Source: an uncultured Oscillospiraceae bacterium (GTDB lineage Bacteria > Bacillota > Clostridia > Peptostreptococcales > Anaerovoracaceae). Taken from it: 64,000 nt of DNA. Every line of letters starts with the position of its first letter. The stretch's first letter is position 1. The DNA is taken from positions 170-64,169 of the forward strand of contig CAYJHC010000001.1 of the NCBI GenBank assembly GCA_964370075.1, given 5' to 3'. Below the pieces are notes generated by a model. The model had not been told where the DNA came from and did not search any database. It was given only the letters and a program-made list of their open reading frames with translations. A program made the position numbers and the translations under genes. Below, piece by piece: positions 27,989 to 36,812 of the stretch.

Positions 27989-28399
27989 ATGAGTAAAGTA
28001 GCAGTTGTATACTGGAGCGGAACAGGTAATACCGAGGCAATGGCCAATATCATTGCAGATGCAGCTAAAGGTAAGGGGGCGGAAGTTGATGTTTTTACTT
28101 CGGCAGAATTTAATAATGACAAAGTAGCGGAATATAGCGCTATTGCACTTGGTTGCCCGTCTATGGGTGCAGAAGTGCTAGAAGAAGAAGAATTCCAACC
28201 AATGTGGGATGCGATTAAGGATAGTTTAAGAGGAAAGAATGTTGTACTATTCGGTTCTTACGACTGGGGCGATGGAGAGTGGATGAGAGACTGGGAAGCA
28301 GAGGCTCCTTGTGATGTTTCAAGCGCATTTATTTGCCATCAGTATCCAGATGATGATGCAAAAGATGAATTGACTAGGATAGGCGAAAGTCTAGCTTAA
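27989..28399 (+). CDS. Short-chain flavodoxin
   Basis: ATG 27989 follows AAGGAG. VAVVYWSGTGNTEAMA FMN-phosphate loop, GCPSMG and FGSYDWGDGEWM motifs. Confidence 0.9.
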   Translation: MSKVAVVYWSGTGNTEAMANIIADAAKGKGAEVDVFTSAEFNNDKVAEYSAIALGCPSMGAEVLEEEEFQPMWDAIKDSLRGKNVVLFGSYDWGDGEWMRDWEAEAPCDVSSAFICHQYPDDDAKDELTRIGESLA

Positions 28400-28425
28400 G
28401 GCAAATTACAAAAAATAGAACAGGT

Positions 28426-28468
28426 AAAAACAACTTTTTAATTAATAAAGAGTTGTTTTTTCCTTTTG
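28426..28468 (+). terminator. Terminator after flavodoxin
   Basis: 10-bp stem AAAAACAACT / AGTTGTTTTT with a 15-nt loop and a T-rich tail. Confidence 0.6.
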
Positions 28469-28491
28469 GTAATATTACTTTACATACATTA

Positions 28492-28519
28492 TTGAAAATA
28501 TAGAAATGTGGTGTAATAT
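28492..28519 (+). promoter_or_regulatory. Putative promoter of the small-protein/ATPase pair
   Basis: TTGAAA (28492-28497), 16-nt spacer, TAATAT (28514-28519) preceded by TG. Confidence 0.4.
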
Positions 28520-28579
28520 ACACTAACATGTAAAGAATGTTAAAAAAGATATAGAATAAGTAATATGAGGAGGAAATTT

Positions 28580-28828
28580 ATGAAAGATTATATGAAAAAA
28601 GAATGTGGAATAGTATTTTTAGTTGGAGCAGTAGCAGGAATAATTATTCCAAAGTTAGCAAAGTCGCAAAAAACTAGAGAGCTAGCAGTAAAAGGAGTAG
28701 CACAATCATTTGTAATAAAAGACTCTGTAAAAGAAAAAATCATAAACATTAAAGAAGAAGCAGATGATATCTATAATGAAGCAAAAAATAGTGTTCAAGA
28801 AGAAGCAACAGAAGAAGAAAACCAATAA
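28580..28828 (+). CDS. Small membrane-anchored coiled-coil protein (82 aa), unknown function
   Basis: GAGGAGG SD lies 5 nt before ATG 28580. One N-terminal TM helix, then a charged helical and acidic tail. It sits immediately upstream of the ATPase. Confidence 0.55.
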   Translation: MKDYMKKECGIVFLVGAVAGIIIPKLAKSQKTRELAVKGVAQSFVIKDSVKEKIINIKEEADDIYNEAKNSVQEEATEEENQ

Positions 28829-28838
28829 GAAAGACTAG

Positions 28839-30977
28839 GTGAAAATAGTGAAGTACCAAATTGTATATGATAAACCAGGAAGACTTAGAGTTAGATTTGG
28901 TAAATATATGTTTACAGAAACCCAAGGATATGGTCTTCGGGAGATGTTGGGAAAAATTGAAGGGGTCAATCATATTATAGCTAACCATATTAATGGTTCT
29001 ATATTGGCTGTGTATGAAACTGAGGAAGCAAGGGAAGGTGTTTTAAAAAACCTGTCAGCTTTTAAAAGAGAGGCTCTCTTTGATGGAGAGCCTACTGAAG
29101 AAGAAAAAGCAAAAAAAATAGAAGCAAAATTCAGAAAGAAATTCGTTATTCACTGCACTAAATATTATGGGTCAAAGTTAATTTTTCCTATGCCTGTTAG
29201 GAATGTATTTACATGTTTCAAGGCGCTTTTTTATCTAAAATTGGGGGTAGAGTCTATTAGCCAAGCTAAATTAAATGTTGAACTTTTAGATGCTACTGCA
29301 ATAGGTGCAGCTGTTCTTTCTAGGCATTTTACTACTGCGTCTTCTACAATGTTTTTGCTAAAGCTTTCTGATATTTTATTAGAATATTCCAACAAGCGAG
29401 CAAAACATGCCTTGGCTCAAAGCTTGGCAATTAATATTGAAAAGGTGTGGGTTGTTAATGCTGGCCAGGAAATAGAAACATTAATGAAAGACTTGGCGGT
29501 TGGAGATATAGTTAGAATAAGAAAAGGCTCTATGATACCAATAGATGGAACTATTGTAAGTGGAGATGCTTTAATAAATGAAAGTTCGATGACAGGGGAA
29601 CCAATACCTATACACAAAACTGTTAAAGGAACAGTTTTTGCAGGAACAATTTTGGAAGATGGTGAAATTGATGTAGCTGTACTTAATTTGAAAAATGAAT
29701 CTAGAATTGCAAAGATTATTGAAATGATAGATACGGGAGAAAATGAAAAGGCAAATGTACAAGGTAAGGCAGAAAGAATGGCAGATGATATTGTGCCCGT
29801 TAGCTTTGGTCTTTTTCTGCTAACATTACTGCTAACTAGAAATGTACCAAGAGCCCTATCCGTGCTAATGGTTGATTTTTCTTGTGCAATAAAGTTGACT
29901 ACTCCAATTACTGTAATTTCAGCCCTTAGGGAGAGTGTGAATAAAGATATTTTGGTTAAAGGTGGGAAATATTTAGAAGTTCTTTCTAATGTAGATACAG
30001 TTGTTTTTGACAAAACTGGAACTTTAACAAATGCAGTCCCAAAGGTCTCTAATATTATTGTGATGGATAACACGTATACGGAAGACAAGGTGCTAAAAAT
30101 CGCTGCTTGCTTAGAAGAACATTTTCCTCATAGTGTGGCAGCTTCAATTGTTGCGGAAGCAAAGAAAAAGGATTTAGTTCACCCAGAAGATCATGGCAAG
30201 GTTGAATATTTGGTTGCTCATGGTATAGCAAGCAGTCATGAGGGAAGTCGTACAATTATAGGAAGCAAGCATTTTGTGTTTGAAGATGAGCATGTACCAT
30301 ACCCTCAAGAACAGGGAGACTGGTTAAATGAAAAAATTGGTTCGGATAGTGCAGTATATTTGGCAGTAGATCAGAAGCTAGTAGGAGTTATTTGTGTAAA
30401 TGACCCTCCAAGAGATGATGCGGAACTAACAGTGGAGCTATTAAGAAAAGAAGGCATTAAGAACATTATTATGATAACAGGAGATAGCGAAGGAAGTGCT
30501 AAATATATAAGTAATAAGTTAGGACTAGATGGTTATTATGCATCTATACTGCCAGATGGCAAAGCTCATATTATTGAAGAATTAAAATCAGAAGGAAAAA
30601 CAGTGTTGATGGTAGGAGATGGAATAAATGATACTCCAGCACTTAGCTGTGCAGATGTTTCCCTTACATTAAACGGATCTTCAGATATTGCAAGGGAAGT
30701 TGCGGATATTTCTATTTTGTCAGATGATTTAACCAAAATTATTGTGGCAAGAAAGCTAGCTATTGGTTTAATGAAGAAGATTCATAATCAATATAGTTTT
30801 ATTGTTGCTTTTAACACCATGTTAATTGGACTTGGAACATTCGGAATAATTTCAGTAGATAGGTCAGCCTTGTATCATAACTTATCTACAATAGCAATTG
30901 CAGGCGGATCTGCAAAGCACATTTTGAAAGAAGAATCTTTGTTGGCAGAAGGGAAGAAAGAAAATGAAACAACATAA
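28839..30977 (+). CDS. P1B-type (heavy-metal) P-type ATPase with atypical S-C-A transmembrane motif and no CxxC N-domain
   Basis: TGEP, DKTGTLT (D at 30009), MITGD and GDGINDTPAL motifs. TM motif FSCAIKLTTP (SCA at 29880-29888) replaces CPC. The start is GTG 28839 or GTG 28848. Confidence 0.88.
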   Translation: MKIVKYQIVYDKPGRLRVRFGKYMFTETQGYGLREMLGKIEGVNHIIANHINGSILAVYETEEAREGVLKNLSAFKREALFDGEPTEEEKAKKIEAKFRKKFVIHCTKYYGSKLIFPMPVRNVFTCFKALFYLKLGVESISQAKLNVELLDATAIGAAVLSRHFTTASSTMFLLKLSDILLEYSNKRAKHALAQSLAINIEKVWVVNAGQEIETLMKDLAVGDIVRIRKGSMIPIDGTIVSGDALINESSMTGEPIPIHKTVKGTVFAGTILEDGEIDVAVLNLKNESRIAKIIEMIDTGENEKANVQGKAERMADDIVPVSFGLFLLTLLLTRNVPRALSVLMVDFSCAIKLTTPITVISALRESVNKDILVKGGKYLEVLSNVDTVVFDKTGTLTNAVPKVSNIIVMDNTYTEDKVLKIAACLEEHFPHSVAASIVAEAKKKDLVHPEDHGKVEYLVAHGIASSHEGSRTIIGSKHFVFEDEHVPYPQEQGDWLNEKIGSDSAVYLAVDQKLVGVICVNDPPRDDAELTVELLRKEGIKNIIMITGDSEGSAKYISNKLGLDGYYASILPDGKAHIIEELKSEGKTVLMVGDGINDTPALSCADVSLTLNGSSDIAREVADISILSDDLTKIIVARKLAIGLMKKIHNQYSFIVAFNTMLIGLGTFGIISVDRSALYHNLSTIAIAGGSAKHILKEESLLAEGKKENETT

Positions 30978-31070
30978 AATTTGGTCTTACTTAGCTCTGT
31001 TTTGTATGCTAATGTGCATGATTACAGGGGCAAAAAAGAAATAGAAATAGAATTAACTAAAGAAACCCAA

Positions 31071-31106
31071 AAGAGGTGCAACACAATTAATGCATCTCTT
31101 TTTTAT
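31071..31106 (+). terminator. Terminator after the ATPase
   Basis: AAGAGGTGCA / TGCATCTCTT stem (one G-U pair) with a 10-nt loop and a T6 run. Confidence 0.75.
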
Positions 31107-31212
31107 GTTTATTTTGAAGATTTCTTGTGCTATTCAGCATTACCGTAACGTAAAAGGAAATATTGATATGGATATGTTTTTTTATTTTTTTTAGATTTGT
31201 TATATTTTTTGA

Positions 31213-31242
31213 TTGACTAGAAGCTTGCGTTAATAGTATAAT
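31213..31242 (+). promoter_or_regulatory. Promoter of tRNA-Leu (and possibly yajC)
   Basis: TTGACT (31213-31218), 18-nt spacer, TATAAT (31237-31242), 13 nt before the tRNA 5' end. Confidence 0.6.
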
Positions 31243-31255
31243 AACACTTGTACAC

Positions 31256-31342
31256 GCCGGCATGATGGAATTGGCAGACGTGCGGGATTCAAAATCCCGT
31301 GGTGGAAACACCGTGTGGGTTCGACCCCCACTGCCGGCACCA
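31256..31342 (+). tRNA. tRNA-Leu (anticodon CAA), class II with long variable arm, CCA encoded
   Basis: Acceptor GCCGGCA/TGCCGGC. Anticodon stem CGGGA/TCCCG with loop TTCAAAA. Variable arm GGTGGAAACACC. T arm GTGGG-TTCGACC-CCCAC. Discriminator A followed by CCA. Confidence 0.93.
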
Positions 31343-31379
31343 GTTTGCAAAATGGTTTTTTATTAAAGGAGGAATACAA

Positions 31380-31808
31380 ATGCAACAGTTAATTACTTTC
31401 GTACCTCTAATTTTGATTTTCTTGGTTATGTATCTATTACTAATCAGACCACAAAAAAAGAGAGAAAAACAAGTTAATGCTATGAGAAGTGCCCTATCAG
31501 TAGGCGATGAGATCGTTACAATAGGTGGTATTTGTGGGAAAATCGTAAAGACTAAGGACGAATCAGTAATCGTTCAAGTTGGAGCTGATAAGGTTAAATT
31601 TGAAATGATGAGATGGTCAATTTCTAAGGTGGTTTCATCTTCAAGTAAGCCACAGGTAACTGAGGTTGAAGTAGAGGAAGACGCTGAGGATAAGCCAAAG
31701 TCAAAACCAAAGAGACTGAAGAAAGCAGAGCCGCAAGGAGATGTAGCAGAAGCTGCAGAAGTAGATGAGGCAAAAAATACAGAAGCACCAGAAAAAACGG
31801 AAGAATAA
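31380..31808 (+). CDS. yajC: Preprotein translocase subunit YajC with long charged C-terminal extension
   Basis: ATG 31380 follows AGGAGG. The sequence LIRPQKKREKQ...L..GD.IVT.GGI.G.I is canonical YajC. The part of the track ORF upstream of 31380 is read through the tRNA. Confidence 0.9.
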   Translation: MQQLITFVPLILIFLVMYLLLIRPQKKREKQVNAMRSALSVGDEIVTIGGICGKIVKTKDESVIVQVGADKVKFEMMRWSISKVVSSSSKPQVTEVEVEEDAEDKPKSKPKRLKKAEPQGDVAEAAEVDEAKNTEAPEKTEE

Positions 31809-31903
31809 TCTGGCTCTTGAGAACTTCGGAAAGATTGAAGATTCATAATGTGTGAATGACACTGTGAAAGAAACAGAAATCTGTAGAAGTAAATAAGCTT
31901 ATT

Positions 31904-31934
31904 AAGCTGGTTCATAAATGAGCCAGCTTTTTTC
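31904..31934 (+). terminator. Terminator after yajC
   Basis: AAGCTGGTTCA / TGAGCCAGCTT stem (one G-U pair) followed by T6. Confidence 0.75.
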
Positions 31935-31959
31935 TGTTTATGAATCGTAAGGGTAAGCG

Positions 31960-32000
31960 TTTTTATATTGAATAATTAATTAAATTATTCAATATAAAAA
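31960..32000. repeat. 41-nt perfect AT-rich palindrome (18-bp arms, 5-nt centre)
   Basis: TTTTTATATTGAATAATT-AATTA-AATTATTCAATATAAAAA, in the 469-nt yajC-secDF spacer. Confidence 0.9.
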
Positions 32001-32277
32001 CAGGTGCATATGAATGTGGTGGATATTTCATTACATTATTAATCATATTAAACTGTAAAGCATTGATGATAAAAAAACAATATATAAAAGAGTCGCTAAA
32101 TTGAGAGCTGATATGACACTAGGGGAATATGAATAAGGAGTTAGGGCTATCGGTTTATGTAGTCTAATCATTGGAATAATACTATTTATAGTAATTTTAT
32201 CTTGTTTATTTCTTTGAAAAATAGTACAATAAAAGGTGGTATATTAATTTGATTTATAATTTGAAAAGGATAAGAAT

Positions 32278-34497
32278 ATGAATGGTAAGAAAAATACTGT
32301 TTTAGCAGTTTTATTAATACCTATAATAATTATAGGTTGGTATGTTGCCTTGTTTGGAATTGGTGATGTTAAGCCAATCAAGGATGACATTAAACTTGGA
32401 TTAGATATAGAGGGTGGTGTATATGTTGTTTTAGAGGCACAGACAGACTTAGAGGGGGAAGAACTCTCTGATCTAATGGATAGAACTAAGACTGTTATGG
32501 AGAATCGTGTAGACCAAATGGGTCTTGCTAATCCAGTTGTGACAGTAGAGGCAGGTAATAGAATAAGAGTGGAATTACCTGGTGTTGAAGATGCAGAAGA
32601 AGCTATATCAACCATAGGACAGACTGCACAGTTGCAATTTGCACTTCCTGACGGAACAATAATATTGGATGGAAGCCAGGTTGAAAATGCAACTACCTCT
32701 CAAGATGCTAATGGTACTGGTTATGCTGTAGATATTGAGTTTGACGCTGAAGGGGCAGCAGCTTTTGAAGAAGCTACAGAACTTGCTTTCGCTGGAACAT
32801 TGACTCCAGTTATAGACGGAGTAAGTTCTAGAGCAATAGTAATACTTTTAGATGGTGCAATTATATCTGCCCCAGAAGTTAATGAGGTAATTACTGGTGG
32901 AAACTGCCAGATAACAGGCAGCTTTGACTCCGAAGAGGCTACTAACCTTGCAGCTTTAATTAGAGGAGGCTCATTACCCGTTGAGCTAGTTGAAGTAGAA
33001 TCATCTATTCAAACTGCAAAGATAGGGTTTGATGCCTTTGAAAAAAGTGTGTTTGCAGGAATTATTGGCTTAGCACTAATTGCGGTAATTATGCTAGTTG
33101 GTTATAGGCTAATGGGAGTTGCAGCATGTATTGCATTAGCTTTATATGTATTATTAATTATGTATGCTATGGCATTAATGGGAAGTGTACTAACTCTTCC
33201 AGGAATAGCAGGTATTATACTTTCTATAGGAATGGCCGTAGACGCTAATATAATTATCTTTGCAAGGATTAGAGAAGAAATTGAAAATGGAAGAAGTATT
33301 AGGGTGGCCACTGAAGCAGGATTTAAGAGGGCTATGAGAACAGTACTGGATGCTCAGATTACTACTTTAATTGCTGCTGTAATCCTATATCAAGTAGGGA
33401 CTAGTAGTGTGAAAGGTTTTGCTTGGACTTTGATGATAGGTATCTTTGCAAGTATTATTACCGCTGCAATCATAACCCAAATTTTCTTAAATGTATTTGC
33501 AAATAGTAGAGGCTTATCGAAAAAAAGCTTTTATGGAATAAAGGCAGATGGAACTGCAATGTTCAATTTCAAGAAAACCATTGATTTTGTTAAGCATAGA
33601 AAGATTTTTTACATGGTTTCGATAGGAATAATAGTTATAGGAATCGCATTTGTAGGCATCAGGGGATTCAACTATGGAATTGATTTTACTGGTGGCACGA
33701 TGCTGCAGCTAGATATGGGTAAGCATGTTGCTACTGAAGAAATTGAAGATATCTTAGCGAAAGACAATATTGAAGCTGAAATTGTTTATGCTGGGGAAGA
33801 ACAGGAAGAAGTAATCATTAAAACTGTAACCGCCTTAGAAAATGAAGAAAGAACTCAACTCATTGATAAAATTTCAGAAGAGTTTGATCTTGGAGAAGAC
33901 GCACTTCTTAGCTCATCTCTATTTGGACCATCTATTGGAGAAGAGCTTAGAAACAATGCAATAATAGCAATAGCAATAGCTGCATTAGGAATGCTGGTGT
34001 ATATTAGATTTAGATTTAGAGAATGGAAGTTTGGAGCAGCTGCAATTGTTGGTGTTGTACACGACGTAGCATTGGTAGTAGTATTTTATGCTATATTCCA
34101 AGTTACTATAAACAATCCATTTATTGCTGGTATTCTTACTGTTGTAGGCTATTCAATTAATGACACCATAGTTGTATTTGACCGTATTAGAGAAAACCAA
34201 AAGTATATGAAAAACCCTAAGTTAGAAGATTTAGTTAATACTAGTGTTACTCAAACCCTTGGAAGATCTATAATGACATCACTAACTACATTAATAGTAA
34301 TGATTCCATTATATTTTATGACAAGCTCTGCAATTAGAGAATTTACACTACCCTTGATGGTAGGAGTATTGGTAGGCTGTTTATCCTCCATCTTTGTATC
34401 GAGCCCACTTTATTATGAGTTTTCCAAGATTTCAAATAAGACCCACTATGAAAGAGTAGTTTCTCAAGAAAAGAAAAAGGCTAAGAAGAAAAATTAA
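32278..34497 (+). CDS. secDF: Fused protein translocase subunit SecDF
   Basis: 739 aa with 12 TM segments. The SecD periplasmic domain (LGLDIEGG, GGSLP) and the SecF half (GIDFTGG) are in one ORF. Confidence 0.93.
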   Translation: MNGKKNTVLAVLLIPIIIIGWYVALFGIGDVKPIKDDIKLGLDIEGGVYVVLEAQTDLEGEELSDLMDRTKTVMENRVDQMGLANPVVTVEAGNRIRVELPGVEDAEEAISTIGQTAQLQFALPDGTIILDGSQVENATTSQDANGTGYAVDIEFDAEGAAAFEEATELAFAGTLTPVIDGVSSRAIVILLDGAIISAPEVNEVITGGNCQITGSFDSEEATNLAALIRGGSLPVELVEVESSIQTAKIGFDAFEKSVFAGIIGLALIAVIMLVGYRLMGVAACIALALYVLLIMYAMALMGSVLTLPGIAGIILSIGMAVDANIIIFARIREEIENGRSIRVATEAGFKRAMRTVLDAQITTLIAAVILYQVGTSSVKGFAWTLMIGIFASIITAAIITQIFLNVFANSRGLSKKSFYGIKADGTAMFNFKKTIDFVKHRKIFYMVSIGIIVIGIAFVGIRGFNYGIDFTGGTMLQLDMGKHVATEEIEDILAKDNIEAEIVYAGEEQEEVIIKTVTALENEERTQLIDKISEEFDLGEDALLSSSLFGPSIGEELRNNAIIAIAIAALGMLVYIRFRFREWKFGAAAIVGVVHDVALVVVFYAIFQVTINNPFIAGILTVVGYSINDTIVVFDRIRENQKYMKNPKLEDLVNTSVTQTLGRSIMTSLTTLIVMIPLYFMTSSAIREFTLPLMVGVLVGCLSSIFVSSPLYYEFSKISNKTHYERVVSQEKKKAKKKN

Positions 34498-34601
34498 GAG
34501 GCAAGCGGGGAATTATGTTCTTTACTGTAGGAACATAGGCTATTAAATAAAGTAATAGAGAGTGGAATTAGTTATTGTGTTAAAATAAGTTAGGGGTAAG
34601 T

Positions 34602-36800
34602 ATGGAAAAACTGTCTAGTATGAAGGAAAAATTTCTAAAGCGAATTGAAGAAATTAATCCCAATTACGATTTAGAATTAATAGGAAAGGCATTTGAAATT
34701 GCATATACTAGTCACGTAGGGCAGCTTAGAAGGTCGGGAGACCCTTATATAATTCATCCTTTGGAAGTTGCAGTTATTTTGGCTGATCTTGGTATGGATG
34801 AGGAAACAATAGTAGCAGGAATTATGCACGATGTAGTTGAAGATACAGAATATTCTGAGGAAGACTTAGAAAGAGATTTTGGACCTAACATTACCCATCT
34901 CGTAAATGGAGTAACAAAATTAGGTAGCTTAGTATTTGATACAAAAGAAGAGCGGCAGGCAGAGAACATGAGACGAATGTTCCTTGCTATGTCAAAAGAT
35001 ATTAGAGTATTAATTATAAAGTTGGCTGATAGGCTTCATAATTTAAGGACTATTAACTATTTAAATGCTGAAAAAATCAAAGAAAAGTGTAAGGAAACTC
35101 TAGATATTTATGCACCTTTGGCTAGTAGACTTGGTATGTATAGCCTTAAGTTTGAGTTAGAGGATATTGCACTTAAACAACTTGAGCCTGAGATTTATGC
35201 AGAAATTTCAAAAGAAATCGAAGCGAAAAGAAACGAAAGGCAAGAAAACTTAGATGCTATAGTTTCTGAAATGAAAGAAGCTTTAGAGCATTATGAGATT
35301 CAATATGAAATGTCAGGAAGATCAAAGCATTTCTATAGTATCTACAAAAAGAAAAAATTTCAAGGTAAGAACATAGATGAGATATTTGACTTATTGGGGG
35401 TAAGGGTAATTGTAGATTCTATTAAGGATTGCTATTCTGTTCTTGGAATAGTACATACAAAATGGACGCCAATTCCAGGAAGATTTAAAGATTATATTGC
35501 TATGCCTAAGCAAAATATGTATCAATCTTTACATACTACAGTTATAGGTACTAATGGGAAGCCTTTTGAAATACAGATTAGAACATATGAGATGAATCGT
35601 ATTGCAGAATACGGAATTGCGGCACATTGGAAATACAAGGAGGGTGTTTCCTTAGACAAAGAAGAGGCTAAGTTTGCTTGGTTGAGACAAAGTTTAGAAT
35701 GGCAAAAAGAAATGGATGACCCAAATGAGTTTATGGAAGCCTTAAAGGTGGATCTTTTTGAGAACCAAGTATTTGTATTTACCCCAAAAGGTCATGTTAT
35801 GGAACTTCCAGCAGGGGCTACTCCTTTAGACTTTGCATTTAAAGTTCATACTGATGTTGGGGTTAAGTGTGTTGGTGCTAAGATTAATGGAAAGATGGTG
35901 CCTATAGATCACACTTTGAAAAATGGTGATATAATAGAGATAGTAACTAATTCGAATTCAGGTGGACCAAGCATAGACTGGTTAAAAATAGCAAAGAGTA
36001 GCGGTGCAAGGAGTAAGATTAGGCAGTATCTGAAAAAAGAAAACAAGACAGATAATATTGCACGAGGAAAGGATGCCATTGATAAATTTATTAGAAAGAA
36101 AGGCTTAGACCCTAAGGAGATACTTAAGGGGAATTATCTGCATAAGGTAATAAAAGAGCAGGGATTTTCAAGTACTGATGAGCTATACTTAAACTTAGGA
36201 GCGACGAAGCCTTTTGTAAGCAAAATCGGAAATAGTTTAATTAAGATTTATTTGGAAGACCAAAAAATAATAGATGAAAAAGAAGACAATATTATATCGT
36301 CTCAAGTTGAAGAAAAGAGTCACAGCAGCAATAAACCTTGGAAGAATGATCATGGCGTCATAGTACCAGGAATGGAAAATTTACTCATTAGAGTATCGAA
36401 ATGTTGTAGCCCTGTTCCTGGTGATGAGATTATAGGTTTCATTACAAAGGGAAGAGGAATAGCTGTTCACCGGGTAGACTGTGAAAATCTGAAGAGCCTC
36501 CCAATGGAAGAAAAAAAGAGAATGATTGAAGTTGAATGGGAAAAGAATGAAGGAAGCTCTTATAATGTGAACATTAATATTGTAGGGGATGATAGAAAAG
36601 GGCTATTTGGGGAAATTTCTAAGGCATGTGAATCTTCTGATATTAGTATTGAAGGTGTAGTTGCCAAAAAGAACAAAAAGAATGCCACTGTAAATATTAC
36701 ATTAACATTGGCAATTGAAAATATAGAAGAGGTAGGGAAAATTTCTAGAATAATCAAAGGAATTCCAGGGATCTTAGAGGTATATAGAGCAAAGTCATAG
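34602..36800 (+). CDS. relA: Bifunctional (p)ppGpp synthetase/hydrolase (RSH)
   Basis: HD hydrolase domain (HPLEVA, HDVVEDT), synthetase domain (RxKHxYSIYxK, YQSLHT), and TGS and ACT C-terminal domains. Confidence 0.94.
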   Translation: MEKLSSMKEKFLKRIEEINPNYDLELIGKAFEIAYTSHVGQLRRSGDPYIIHPLEVAVILADLGMDEETIVAGIMHDVVEDTEYSEEDLERDFGPNITHLVNGVTKLGSLVFDTKEERQAENMRRMFLAMSKDIRVLIIKLADRLHNLRTINYLNAEKIKEKCKETLDIYAPLASRLGMYSLKFELEDIALKQLEPEIYAEISKEIEAKRNERQENLDAIVSEMKEALEHYEIQYEMSGRSKHFYSIYKKKKFQGKNIDEIFDLLGVRVIVDSIKDCYSVLGIVHTKWTPIPGRFKDYIAMPKQNMYQSLHTTVIGTNGKPFEIQIRTYEMNRIAEYGIAAHWKYKEGVSLDKEEAKFAWLRQSLEWQKEMDDPNEFMEALKVDLFENQVFVFTPKGHVMELPAGATPLDFAFKVHTDVGVKCVGAKINGKMVPIDHTLKNGDIIEIVTNSNSGGPSIDWLKIAKSSGARSKIRQYLKKENKTDNIARGKDAIDKFIRKKGLDPKEILKGNYLHKVIKEQGFSSTDELYLNLGATKPFVSKIGNSLIKIYLEDQKIIDEKEDNIISSQVEEKSHSSNKPWKNDHGVIVPGMENLLIRVSKCCSPVPGDEIIGFITKGRGIAVHRVDCENLKSLPMEEKKRMIEVEWEKNEGSSYNVNINIVGDDRKGLFGEISKACESSDISIEGVVAKKNKKNATVNITLTLAIENIEEVGKISRIIKGIPGILEVYRAKS

Positions 36801-36812
36801 AAAGGAAATGAA

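Noticed and set aside
29417-30088. 223-aa minus-strand ORF inside the P-type ATPase. Similar antisense ORFs occur at 1221..1616, 15426..15806, 23695..24075, 58547..58918, 60606..60944 and elsewhere.
   Set aside because: These are shadow ORFs opposite strongly conserved coding sequence. They are low-complexity Ser/Ile/Phe/Leu-rich translations, with no SD and no recognisable motifs.
31334-31349. Sigma-54-like GGCAC....TTGCA element upstream of yajC.
   Set aside because: The GG-to-GC spacing is 9 nt rather than the required 10, and the GGCAC is simply the acceptor/CCA end of the tRNA.
31087-31379. The minus-strand 87-aa ORF and the N-terminal 27 codons of track ORF 31299..31808.
   Set aside because: Both read through the tRNA-Leu gene. 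The real yajC start is ATG 31380, behind AGGAGG.
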